Origin: a virus
Lineage: Duplodnaviria > Caudoviricetes
Reading direction: 5' to 3' (one strand)
DNA: 64,000 bases
IMG/VR virus record: IMGVR_UViG_3300027983_002388
Numbering within the stretch: position 1 is the stretch's first letter; every line of letters starts with the position of its first letter. Made by a program: the position numbers and the translations under genes. The notes under the pieces are model-generated. The model did not search any database. It was not told the origin of the DNA and saw only the letters and a program-made list of their open reading frames with translations. Shown piece after piece: positions 53,490-62,762 of this stretch.

Positions 53490-53999
53490 ATGGGTGGTAT
53501 TAACGAGTCTGTTCTTGAGTCCGACGATAAGGGTGGAAAGAAGAAAAAAGATGCTGGTGCTGCTAGTCCCAGCATGGACGGAACAATCCTTGCACCTGAC
53601 CACGTTCAACCGCCTACGAACGTGGTCCCGCCGTTGTTGAGGCGGAAACCGCCGTCCTGGCCAAGGCGGAAACCGCCGTTAAACTTGCATGACGAGCAAG
53701 AAACTGGCGTTCCAATGCAGACTCAGGCTATTCGACAACATATGAATAATGGACAAGTCCATTTGCATGTAGATTTGCCACAGCCTCTCAAAGCTGCTGT
53801 GCCAGTTGCCGAATGGTTCGTCATCATGCGACATCTGCGTTCCTTGAACCCATTCACCTTTGTCGATGCAGAAAACAAGTGCGTGGCGTATTTACGCCCT
53901 TACGTTCATGGCGGTCTATTCGAGGTCGTCATTGAATTGGCTCCAATTGAAATTGGGCCTCGTTTCAACGATATGAATGCCGTCACTGGCAAGAGATAA
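53490..53999 (+). CDS. Hypothetical protein, Pro-rich
   Basis: AGGAG SD before ATG 53490. Confidence 0.55.
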   Translation: MGGINESVLESDDKGGKKKKDAGAASPSMDGTILAPDHVQPPTNVVPPLLRRKPPSWPRRKPPLNLHDEQETGVPMQTQAIRQHMNNGQVHLHVDLPQPLKAAVPVAEWFVIMRHLRSLNPFTFVDAENKCVAYLRPYVHGGLFEVVIELAPIEIGPRFNDMNAVTGKR

Positions 54000-54007
54000 G
54001 GTGACTA

Positions 54008-54385
54008 ATGGACAACAAAATATGGCAGGAATTTTACTGCGGCGAGTGTTCGGGCTATTTCCGTGTCAGATTGAACATGGCCCTGACTATCGGCGTAGAA
54101 ATCGTTTGCCCCAAGTGCAAACATAAACACCATCGCTTCATTAAGGATGGAACGATATACGAAAATGGTCGCAGAGAAAATGGGGCCAAGGAAGAAATCT
54201 GCCCGCCTTTGTCGGCTTACAGCAAAGAACCACTGACGGCCAAGATGAGATCGGCCACGGGGTATAGTGGTCGCAGGGACGGAGTGAAGATTGAGAAAGA
54301 AGAAGACCTCAACGAACGCAGTCCCATTGCCGATGCAATGATTAAAGAACGATGGTTCGAGTTATATGGAGGTAACATCAATTGA
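54008..54385 (+). CDS. Zn-ribbon protein
   Basis: CGEC...CPKC. Confidence 0.6.
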   Translation: MDNKIWQEFYCGECSGYFRVRLNMALTIGVEIVCPKCKHKHHRFIKDGTIYENGRRENGAKEEICPPLSAYSKEPLTAKMRSATGYSGRRDGVKIEKEEDLNERSPIADAMIKERWFELYGGNIN

Positions 54386-54660
54386 AAAAGTTCTACGACC
54401 CTCATCCTGGTGCGAGCATAGCATTGCCAGAAATTATTTCCCTTGTAGCCAAGGGAATCAGCGGCAAAGAAATGGAAATTGCCGATGTTGTCAGAATCAT
54501 TCAAGATGCTGCCGATACTTTGGTGGCAGACGGTTCTTTTGGTGACGCCAAAGTCGAAGACCAAAAAGACTACATCAGTCTTACCCTGGTTGAAGGAGAA
54601 GGTGGTGCCGAGGACTTTCCGAGGCACTCATTCAGAGTCATTCGATATAAGGAAAAGTAA
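54382..54660 (+). CDS. Hypothetical protein
   Basis: ORF. Confidence 0.5.
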   Translation: MKKFYDPHPGASIALPEIISLVAKGISGKEMEIADVVRIIQDAADTLVADGSFGDAKVEDQKDYISLTLVEGEGGAEDFPRHSFRVIRYKEK

Positions 54661-55035
54661 ATGACCGCCACAGTAGATCGTGAAATCGACGCTGCAATGC
54701 TTCGAGTAGGCAATAAACCCGGCAATCTGTCGGCCAAGATCAGGATTCCCGACATTTTGGGAATCATGGATGATCCATCACAAAAGGCACCCGAAGGGTT
54801 CGGTTGTTTCCGCATCATGACGCCAAAAGACGGCGACAAGCGTGTGGTGTGGGATAGCCGAGACTTCGCTCAAATCAGTGAAGCAAAAACAATGTTCGAC
54901 GAACTGGTCGTCCAAGGACTTGTTCCATATTGTGTGGGAGTAAACGGTCGAGCTTCATCAGAAGTCATGGCTGAGTTCGATCCTTACGCCGAAGAGATCA
55001 TCTTTCTCCCCGTAGCAATGGTTGCAGGAGGTTAA
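54661..55035 (+). CDS. Small protein ending in a ThiS/MoaD-like di-glycine (...IIFLPVAMVAGG)
   Basis: C-terminal GG-stop. Confidence 0.55.
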   Translation: MTATVDREIDAAMLRVGNKPGNLSAKIRIPDILGIMDDPSQKAPEGFGCFRIMTPKDGDKRVVWDSRDFAQISEAKTMFDELVVQGLVPYCVGVNGRASSEVMAEFDPYAEEIIFLPVAMVAGG

Positions 55036-55036
55036 T

Positions 55037-55870
55037 ATGGCCACAAGTGGATACTTGATACTCGGTAACAACAAATACACTGTAGGTAGTTGTGAAATCA
55101 CCTACGATTGTAATCCTGCTGCAACCTCCAGTTGTAATTCTTGGGTCAATTACGATTATGGCACCGGAACAGCCAGCCCTCGCATCAAAGTGAAGGCATA
55201 CCGTGCTGACCCTTGGTCTACTGGAAATGTCTATCGTGTTGCTTCGACAGCTACTACGGCGTGTACCATTCAATTGAATAATTGGGGCTGGAGCGATAAC
55301 GATTGCTCTGTTGAATACGAATACGAATGGTATGGAGTTGCCGCCAAGCCGATGTCGGCTGAAGAAAAGAAAGCCTATGAGGAAAAACGGCTCAAAGAAC
55401 GGTTTTCTCAAATCATCCAAGGTCGGTGTGCGCCGAATATCGCTATTCGGCAAAATACAAAACGGCAACCCTTGCCGTTGCCTGCGGATATTCGAGAACA
55501 ACGAGCGAGAGAAACGCTGCGAAGGGTTATTGGAGATCAGAAGTACGTCAACTTCATCAAGCACGGGTTTATCTCAGTGAAGGGTAGAAGTGGATTGGTC
55601 TACCAAATCTTCACTGGACAAGGTATAACCCATGTGTTCGACCAGGGCAACTTGGTTGAACGATTGTGCGTCGTACTTCAGGGCAGCTTCCCACCCACTG
55701 ACTCGCTTATTATGAGATATCTACTCATCCTAAATAATGAGCAGCAGTTCCGATCCCTCGCCATCAAGCACTCGATCTCTGGATACGAGCGCTCCCGCCA
55801 AGTTAATGGCCCTGCGGAAATTAAGCCGCTTGCGGAACTCTTCAAGGAATTGAAGTCCAAAGTTGCATAA
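55037..55870 (+). CDS. Hypothetical protein (RLC...PPTDSL motif)
   Basis: ORF directly after the GG protein. Confidence 0.6.
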   Translation: MATSGYLILGNNKYTVGSCEITYDCNPAATSSCNSWVNYDYGTGTASPRIKVKAYRADPWSTGNVYRVASTATTACTIQLNNWGWSDNDCSVEYEYEWYGVAAKPMSAEEKKAYEEKRLKERFSQIIQGRCAPNIAIRQNTKRQPLPLPADIREQRARETLRRVIGDQKYVNFIKHGFISVKGRSGLVYQIFTGQGITHVFDQGNLVERLCVVLQGSFPPTDSLIMRYLLILNNEQQFRSLAIKHSISGYERSRQVNGPAEIKPLAELFKELKSKVA

Positions 55871-55890
55871 CTCTGAAGATGAAACACGAA

Positions 55891-55920
55891 ATAGCCAGGG
55901 ATAAAACCCTGGCTATTTTT
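55891..55920 (+). terminator. Intrinsic terminator
   Basis: ATAGCCAGGG-ATAAAA-CCCTGGCTAT-TTTT. Confidence 0.8.
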
Positions 55921-55931
55921 ATATATAAGGC

Positions 55932-56390
55932 ATGAATTTTAAGAAATGGCTCCTCATAGAGCATGAACAAAATGTCAATCTACAGCAAGCAATCCAAATT
56001 GCTACGGCTCATAATGGACCTATTTCTGCAAAAGAAATGCGTATAGACACATTGCAGAATGCCGCTCGTTTAGAGAAGTCGATATCATTTGATTCAGAAT
56101 TCGCCGTAGCTAATATCGGCAGAAGAATTCAAGGATATGACATGCAACGAGTAATGCAGATGATTGGGGTCATGTTTCAAGCATTGAACCTACCTGCTCC
56201 CCAAGACCCACGACAGATCGACAAGCAAGTGGTTCAACAGCATGTTCCTAAAATCAAAGAGATGTTGCCACCGATCATTGTTAGCGTAATGCCAGATGAA
56301 TCCTATGATCTGGATGACGGCAACCACAGATTAGGCTGTGCGAGAGTTTTGGGGCTTCTAACCATGAAAGCCTTTGTAATCCGTGATTAG
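55932..56390 (+). CDS. ParB/Srx-like protein with CTS-like N-terminus (MNFKKWLLIE)
   Basis: PPIIV...LDDGNHRL; TATATAAG 10 nt upstream. Confidence 0.6.
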   Translation: MNFKKWLLIEHEQNVNLQQAIQIATAHNGPISAKEMRIDTLQNAARLEKSISFDSEFAVANIGRRIQGYDMQRVMQMIGVMFQALNLPAPQDPRQIDKQVVQQHVPKIKEMLPPIIVSVMPDESYDLDDGNHRLGCARVLGLLTMKAFVIRD

Positions 56391-56407
56391 AAACATTAAA
56401 GCACGAA

Positions 56408-56437
56408 AAAGTCAGGGATGTATCCCTGACTTTTTTT
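56408..56437 (+). terminator. Intrinsic terminator
   Basis: AAAAGTCAGGGA-TGTA-TCCCTGACTTTTTTT. Confidence 0.8.
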
Positions 56438-56520
56438 ATTGGTCGTCCAAACTAATTTAGTCAGCATATAAATTAGAAGCCCAATTACGGATCAAAATCG
56501 AGGAAAATATGGCAACCGGC

Positions 56521-56573
56521 TATTGTTATTGTTATTGTTATTGTTATTGATCTTGATCTTGATCTTGATCTTG
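56521..56573. repeat. Adjacent hexamer microsatellites (TATTGT)~5 and (ATCTTG)4
   Basis: Direct reading. Confidence 0.95.
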
Positions 56574-56597
56574 ATTTTATATTTTTGATCCGATAAG

Positions 56598-57017
56598 ATG
56601 GGATTTTTCGCCACCATCGCAATTTTCAATGAGACCGACATGCCAACCAAATACTCAGAACGACTGATTCTCCCCTCTGATGGCTCCGAAGAAATTGTAT
56701 TCAAAACAAAAAATGGCTTGACAATCGCCACTGGCTACAGAAAAGTGAATTTTAGCGAAAAAAAGCCACTTATCGAGTTTGTAGACTCAATGATTGAAAA
56801 AGAAAATATCTTCATGCCGCTGAACCAGCAGTGGAAAGAGAAAAACCCATCTATCCAATATGCTGAATATCGCAGCCGGGATTATTGCAATATCAGGATT
56901 TTGAGAGATAAAACAAATGGCAGGTTTTACATCTCGCCCTTTGATCTCATTTCTGATGAAATCCCCGTATTGATCTCACCACTGCGGCGTAAAAAAACCA
57001 TTCTCGCCATAGCCTAA
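56598..57017 (+). CDS. Hypothetical protein
   Basis: ORF. Confidence 0.55.
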   Translation: MGFFATIAIFNETDMPTKYSERLILPSDGSEEIVFKTKNGLTIATGYRKVNFSEKKPLIEFVDSMIEKENIFMPLNQQWKEKNPSIQYAEYRSRDYCNIRILRDKTNGRFYISPFDLISDEIPVLISPLRRKKTILAIA

Positions 57018-57072
57018 CCAGCATGATTTACGATGCCAGAAAGAAAACTGATGTTGGAATCATAAATACAGC

Positions 57073-57411
57073 ATGGCAGACTTTGAATATATCGGAAGTG
57101 GTGGCGCTGAAACACTTGGCTGTGCCGAATACAGTATGCAGGTGTACTACACCTACGCATTTGAAGTAGGTTCTATCGTATATCTTAAACATAAAGCAAA
57201 AAAAGGAATTTTGGAACGTGTTGCCATCAAACGAATATTCATTCGTCAAAACAAGGCAACTTGGGGACAACCAATATTCATTTATCAAGACACCTTAAAC
57301 TCGTTGTATAACGAAGCAGACCTAGTGACTCATCAGCAGGCCGTCGATTTGACATTGATCTACCATGAAAATATTCAACTCAACACCCTGGCCGCTCTAA
57401 GATTGTGCTAG
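57073..57411 (+). CDS. Hypothetical (likely late) protein
   Basis: TAAATA 10 nt upstream of ATG. Confidence 0.55.
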   Translation: MADFEYIGSGGAETLGCAEYSMQVYYTYAFEVGSIVYLKHKAKKGILERVAIKRIFIRQNKATWGQPIFIYQDTLNSLYNEADLVTHQQAVDLTLIYHENIQLNTLAALRLC

Positions 57412-57465
57412 ACCGACATCCATCTTCAAGTTACAATACAATATCCATTTTGACAACTTCAGGAG

Positions 57466-58077
57466 ATGAACATGCTTTATTGCTCAATCGACATTGAAAC
57501 AACAGGACTCAATCCAAAAACTTGCGATATTGTGCAGTTTGCGGCAATAATTGATGATCTGTCTAATCCGCAGCCACTCGAAAAGCTGCCGAAGTTTCAA
57601 ACTCATTTCGCACAGCCAACATATACTGGCGAGCCATACGCCTTGGGGATGCACCCTCAAATATTCAAGAAAATCGCCGATGCTCAAAAGAAGCGAATTG
57701 AAGAGAATGAATTCGGCGACCGATTCATGAATATTCTCGACCTGCCTTCTGCATTCAAGAACTTCTTAACACAGAATGGCGTCCCAGAAGACCCAAAGAG
57801 CGGTCGGGTCAGAATTACTATGGCAGGCAAGAATGTAGCTATGTTCGATCTTCCATTTTTGAACAAGAAGCTCAAAAAGCATTGGGGCGACATCACGATT
57901 TTACATCGTGTGATTGACCCGGCAATCCTTTATTATCAACCTGGAGATAAAAACCTGCCTGACTCGGCAACATGCCTGGAGCGAGCAGGATACGCTGGAG
58001 AAGTGGCTCACACGGCTCTGGAAGACGCCTTAATGGTCGTCAAGCTGGTACGACACAAGTTGCTGCCAAAGACTTAA
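57466..58077 (+). CDS. DEDDh 3'-5' exonuclease (DnaQ-like)
   Basis: IDIETTG, NVAMFD, HTALED. Confidence 0.88.
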   Translation: MNMLYCSIDIETTGLNPKTCDIVQFAAIIDDLSNPQPLEKLPKFQTHFAQPTYTGEPYALGMHPQIFKKIADAQKKRIEENEFGDRFMNILDLPSAFKNFLTQNGVPEDPKSGRVRITMAGKNVAMFDLPFLNKKLKKHWGDITILHRVIDPAILYYQPGDKNLPDSATCLERAGYAGEVAHTALEDALMVVKLVRHKLLPKT

Positions 58078-58496
58078 TCGAACCGTGAAACCTCCCATTC
58101 TGCGTCGATGGGTCTTGGAACAATCCTCTTTTTTCGGTTTTTGAATCGCACCTCGGCTTCGGCAGAAATTCTGAACGAATCAGTTGAACCATTACGAGCT
58201 AGGTCTTCAAGGATTTCCTTGTCGATCTCGCTCGCAATTTCTTGCGCTATAATATCAGCCAATGATTTTGCTGCATCTATGTTGTACAAATCTTGTGCGG
58301 CTTCCATGCTCCATACGGCTTTTAGCTTGCGTTGGACTGGAACAATTTCCTGGGACTCTATGCCCAACACGATTTCAGGGGCATACATACTTGTTGACAT
58401 ATTTTTTAATTGAGGAAATGCCATGTGTTGTGGTTCAAAACGGAGTGGTACAAGAGGCAGTAAATCTGGTAGAATAACCCGTGCCAGGAAGATCAT
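58074..58496 (-). CDS. Stand-alone fragment of a T4 gp23-type major capsid protein (start uncertain)
   Basis: RKLKAVWSMEAAQDLYNIDAAKSLADIIAQEIASEIDKEIL. Confidence 0.7.
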   Translation of the reverse strand: MIFLARVILPDLLPLVPLRFEPQHMAFPQLKNMSTSMYAPEIVLGIESQEIVPVQRKLKAVWSMEAAQDLYNIDAAKSLADIIAQEIASEIDKEILEDLARNGSTDSFRISAEAEVRFKNRKKRIVPRPIDAEWEVSRFD

Positions 58497-58522
58497 ACAA
58501 ACTCAGGCAATAGATACAAACA

Positions 58523-59965
58523 ATGAGCAACCTACTGAGAATAGAGAACGATTACTCGTACTTCCTGTCGGAAGACCTACAGACGAAACACGAGATTTGG
58601 GATCGTCTGAGATTCAGGGACAAGAACTACTTCCATAACCGTGCATACAAAATGCGGAAGTGGGATGGTTATATCCAATTCTTCGCTATGGAAACAGGCA
58701 AATTTCTCACAGGGTTGCTTCCTGAAGTCACGGCTGTTCTACGACATTTCAAAATTGATTTTGTTGTAGAAGACAACCGGAAGAAAACCTCTTTTATTTA
58801 TGAAGAAGTAGATCAAAATTTCTTAAATCAATGGCTTCCAGCTAAAACATTGGGCGGCGATCCAATGAAGCCGGTTACACTACATGATTATCAAGTTGAA
58901 CTCATCAATCAAGTCCTGAAGCATCGAAGGGGCGTTATTTATGCTCCCACCAGTGCCGGTAAAACTTTCATCATGTTGGGAATCCTGAAGTCGATCCCAC
59001 CAGGAACTCCCACTCTTGTTCTTCAAAACAGAGTAACGCTCGCCCAACAGAATTATGATGAAATCAACAATTGGGGTTTCAATAATGTAGGCACTCTTTG
59101 GGGTGGTGCGGTAAAACCAAATGTTATCACTGTTGCCAGCGTCCAAAGTGTTGCAAAAATTGAAAAACTTTTGCCTAAAATAAAAGTCCTCATCGTCGAT
59201 GAAATCCACGATATGATGAGTGCTTTACCAAAAGCTGTATATCGTCGCTTGAAGGCTTGTGATATACGAGTTGCAGTCAGTGCTACACCATTCAAATTTG
59301 GCGGCACAGACAACGTACAGAAGTTCCACGTTCGAGGATTCTTTGGTCCTATCCTCAAAGTGAAGAGTGCAGCAACCGGCGTATTGACGACTGCCGAGCT
59401 TCAAGGGCGAGGCATTCTATCATCCAGCAAGTGTACATTCTATCCTATTTATGAACCGATGATCCCGCACGACATCTATATCGATGCCGTGACCAGAGGA
59501 ATTGCGGAGTCCTATCATTTCCATAGAATTGTAACCAGACTGGCAAAGTTACAAACCGGACGAACTTTAATTTTGGTAGATCGAGTAGCACATGGAGATG
59601 CTTTACATAATTTACTACCAGGAAGTTTATGGGTGCAAGGAAAAGACACCCAAGCCACTCGCAAGGGAGTAATTAAACAACTACAAAAAGATGAACATTG
59701 TATTGCTATTGCGACACAACAGATATTCAACACAGGAGTGAATTGTCACATCCACAATCTTATCAACTGCGCAGGAGGTTCTGCCGAACATATGATAATT
59801 CAAAGAATGGGTAGAGGACTACGAACCGCTGCTGATAAAGCAGTTTTGAACTATTACGATTTTCTTTTCAAGATCAACGATTATCTTGAAAAACACAGCA
59901 ATGATCGTATAGCCATATTAAAAAGAGAAGGTCATGAAATTATCGTAAAAGAAATTGATTTCTAG
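58523..59965 (+). CDS. UvsW-like SF2 helicase
   Basis: APTSAGKT, VDEIH, SATP, QRMGRGLR. Confidence 0.9.
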   Translation: MSNLLRIENDYSYFLSEDLQTKHEIWDRLRFRDKNYFHNRAYKMRKWDGYIQFFAMETGKFLTGLLPEVTAVLRHFKIDFVVEDNRKKTSFIYEEVDQNFLNQWLPAKTLGGDPMKPVTLHDYQVELINQVLKHRRGVIYAPTSAGKTFIMLGILKSIPPGTPTLVLQNRVTLAQQNYDEINNWGFNNVGTLWGGAVKPNVITVASVQSVAKIEKLLPKIKVLIVDEIHDMMSALPKAVYRRLKACDIRVAVSATPFKFGGTDNVQKFHVRGFFGPILKVKSAATGVLTTAELQGRGILSSSKCTFYPIYEPMIPHDIYIDAVTRGIAESYHFHRIVTRLAKLQTGRTLILVDRVAHGDALHNLLPGSLWVQGKDTQATRKGVIKQLQKDEHCIAIATQQIFNTGVNCHIHNLINCAGGSAEHMIIQRMGRGLRTAADKAVLNYYDFLFKINDYLEKHSNDRIAILKREGHEIIVKEIDF

Positions 59966-60318
59966 TCAACTCAAGCATACGGGCTACAACAAAATATTGC
60001 TCAAGGAAATGCAAAGGCATAGACAAACGAAAAATCAAAAATGAAGGAATTAGACAGTGCAACAAATGCAAAGAAATATTGCCTATGTCAAACTTTGGAA
60101 ACAAAAAATGTCATTATTGCTTTGATGATCTCAATCCAACTGGAACAGGACTTGATAGAAAAGATAATGACAAAGGATACTTAATCGATAATGTGGTTTC
60201 TTGTTGTTGTACTTGCAACAGAATGAGATCGGATAAATTCAGCTACGAAGAAATGCTTGTGCTGTCTGTGACAATTAGAGCAATCAAGGAAAAAAGAGTT
60301 TCTAATGGACACTCCTGA
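59956..60318 (+). pseudogene. Degenerate HNH homing-endonuclease-like gene
   Basis: KYCSRKC...CNKC...CHYC...LDRKDNDKGY..DNVVSCC..CN; appears internally shortened, no clear start. Confidence 0.55.
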
Positions 60319-60610
60319 TTACGAACCAGAATTCTATGAGAAACAGATCAAGATGATGGAGGACAGATACTCCAAATTGTTCAAGAAATGGAATCTCAGT
60401 TGGGATGCGTATCACAACCATGTTATCGAAAAACTCAGAAACAAACGATATTGGGTGTGGTGCTACCTGTGCGGCTTCGAGAAGTTTGTACAGGAACAAG
60501 GTGATACAAAACGGGGTCGCTGTGATCGCCTTTACAAAGATGCCGACGAACGTATCAGACGTATCGTTGGCGATTACTTCAAAATACAATATTATGTGAA
60601 ATCATTATGA
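60305..60610 (+). CDS. Hypothetical protein
   Basis: ORF; CYLC/CDRL. Confidence 0.5.
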   Translation: MDTPDYEPEFYEKQIKMMEDRYSKLFKKWNLSWDAYHNHVIEKLRNKRYWVWCYLCGFEKFVQEQGDTKRGRCDRLYKDADERIRRIVGDYFKIQYYVKSL

Positions 60611-60813
60611 TTGCATTCATTAAAAAAATACCTTCGGTGCTGTTGTTCCTTCTCCTTGCCCTTGTGTACATCACTTGTGGTTACGTGATTGGCTATCACC
60701 AAGGATATAAAGCCGGACAAGAAGATTACATCGTTTACATCAACAAGGTATTAGAAAATGCCGATGTGGGTAAAATTGATAACGCACCAGTTGATGTCAA
60801 AAAACAACCTTAA
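60607..60813 (+). CDS. Small membrane protein
   Basis: TM helix followed by GYHQGYKAG. Confidence 0.55.
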   Translation: MIAFIKKIPSVLLFLLLALVYITCGYVIGYHQGYKAGQEDYIVYINKVLENADVGKIDNAPVDVKKQP

Positions 60814-62762
60814 ACAATAGTAAAAATGTCCCCTTGGAATCCTTGCAAGCCCCGACTGTTTTGAGCGCCTTGAGGGCCTTGGAATCCCTGGAATCCAATC
60901 GTCGCCACTCCCAAACTAACAACCTGACCATTGGAAAATAAAGTTCCGATGTCAGATAAGTAGCCAACGGAAAAGTTATAGTCGCCTGCGTTTTTTACAA
61001 CACTATTTGCCTCGAAAAACACATATTGAACTGCCGATCCCTCAGATGTTATGTACAACAGCGTTCCTATGCCTAAGCGATCAAGAACTCCTTGTTGTCC
61101 AACTCCATTTCTATCTGTTCTTGAAATATCCACATTAGTCACCGAAGACTTAGTGGCATGGTTGAATCTAATTTCACCTGAAGCCGCTGCCATTGTTGTG
61201 CTAGTGTTAAATGTATATGGAACGACAAATCCAACCATGACGGTGCCTTGGAAGCCTTGTGTTCCCTGACTGCCTTTCGTTGCTTGATTACCCTGAAATC
61301 CTTGGTTACCCTGCGGTCCTTGATGTCCTTGACGACCTTGGCTCCCAATAAACCCTTGTAATCCTTGTGATCCCGCTAGACCCTGATTGCCTTGGCTTCC
61401 TTGGCTTCCTTGATTACCTTGCCGACCTTGGTTGCCTTGAGAGCCTTGCGACCCTTGAGGACTACTGCCCTGGTTCCCCTGGTTCCCCTGGTTTCCTTGA
61501 CGACCTTGGTTGCCTTGAGAGCCTGTGGCTCCGATAACGCCTTGGTTGCCTTGAGAGCCTTGCGACCCTTGAGGACTGCTGCCCTGGTTTCCTTGTGAAC
61601 CTTGATTTCCCTGAGTTCCCTGGTTGCCTTGAAAGCCACGGTTGCCTTGATTTCCCTGAAAACCTTGGTTTCCCTGAGAATCTACTCCTTGGTTTCCTAC
61701 AAAACCTTGATTGCCTTGGTTGCCCTGATTGCCAATGTTACCCGCACTACCAACTGCTCCCTGCAATCCTGTCGGGCCATTGATCCATTCGAGTTGGGTA
61801 GTATCGGAATTCGTCTGCATATAGATATCGCCGCTATCGACACAAGCATAAACATTACCGTTTGCAGTGGCAGTCATACCAATCCAATTTCTCGAAGTTT
61901 GGCTTAGTGCAACGAAGTTCCCTGCTCCATTTGTCTGCATATAGATATCGCCAACCCAAACAGCAGCGTAAACATTGCCGTTTGGAGCGGTAGTCATGCC
62001 GTCCCAACCTCTAGTAGTCTGGCTTAGCGTAACGAAGCTACCTACTCCACCAGTCTGCATATAAATATCGCCGTTAAAGACACAAGCATAAACATTACCG
62101 TTTGAAGCGGTAGTCATGGCATACCAATTTCTAGTAGTCTGGCTTAGTGCAACGAAGTTCCCTGCTCCACCAGTCTGCATAAAAATATCGCCGCCCCAGA
62201 CACAAGCATAAACATTACCGTTTGGAGCCGTAGTCATGCCGAACCAAGCTCTCGCAGTCTGGCTTAGAGCAACGAAGTTCCCTACTCCGCCAGTCTGCAT
62301 ATAGATATCGCCGTTGTTGACACCAGCATAAACATTGCCGTTTGGAGCGGCAGTCAGAACAGTCCACTGCCTAGTAGTCTGGCTTAGCGTAACGAAGTTG
62401 CCTGCTCCACCAGTCTGCATAAAGATATCGTCATTATAGACGCAAGCATAAACATTACCGTTTGGAGCGGTAGTCATGCCATACCACCGCCTAGTAGTCT
62501 GGCTTAGTCCATCGAAAACAATGCTTCCGGGATAGCCCATAACTTGGCCAGGACTACCAACTGTGTTTGCAAATTGATATTGACTCTGAACCCCTAAAGT
62601 CACTGCTTGGAAATTGCCCATAGAGACAATATTGCCAAATCTAACAGCCACATTAGACGGACTTGGAGAATCAACACTTAGGTCCGGGTCATACCAATAC
62701 TGCACCTTATATTGATTGATTAAACTGGCTTCGGAATCAAATATAGATACAGATAATGTCAT
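60810..62762 (-). CDS. Fibre/receptor-binding protein: six ~39-aa propeller blades plus a collagen-like GxQ stalk
   Basis: Repeats WxGMTTAPNGNVYACVxxGDIYMQTGG; (GNQ/GFQ/GSQ)n. Confidence 0.8.
   Translation of the reverse strand: MTLSVSIFDSEASLINQYKVQYWYDPDLSVDSPSPSNVAVRFGNIVSMGNFQAVTLGVQSQYQFANTVGSPGQVMGYPGSIVFDGLSQTTRRWYGMTTAPNGNVYACVYNDDIFMQTGGAGNFVTLSQTTRQWTVLTAAPNGNVYAGVNNGDIYMQTGGVGNFVALSQTARAWFGMTTAPNGNVYACVWGGDIFMQTGGAGNFVALSQTTRNWYAMTTASNGNVYACVFNGDIYMQTGGVGSFVTLSQTTRGWDGMTTAPNGNVYAAVWVGDIYMQTNGAGNFVALSQTSRNWIGMTATANGNVYACVDSGDIYMQTNSDTTQLEWINGPTGLQGAVGSAGNIGNQGNQGNQGFVGNQGVDSQGNQGFQGNQGNRGFQGNQGTQGNQGSQGNQGSSPQGSQGSQGNQGVIGATGSQGNQGRQGNQGNQGNQGSSPQGSQGSQGNQGRQGNQGSQGSQGNQGLAGSQGLQGFIGSQGRQGHQGPQGNQGFQGNQATKGSQGTQGFQGTVMVGFVVPYTFNTSTTMAAASGEIRFNHATKSSVTNVDISRTDRNGVGQQGVLDRLGIGTLLYITSEGSAVQYVFFEANSVVKNAGDYNFSVGYLSDIGTLFSNGQVVSLGVATIGFQGFQGPQGAQNSRGLQGFQGDIFTIV

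Noticed and set aside
53464-53495. -1 frameshift at A AAA AAA joining MWPFTRRKK to the 53490 ORF
   Set aside because: ATG 53490 has its own AGGAG SD, so no frameshift is needed; evidence too weak.
61780-62510. Diversity-generating retroelement target
   Set aside because: No reverse transcriptase or template repeat in the window; substitutions are not confined to adenines.
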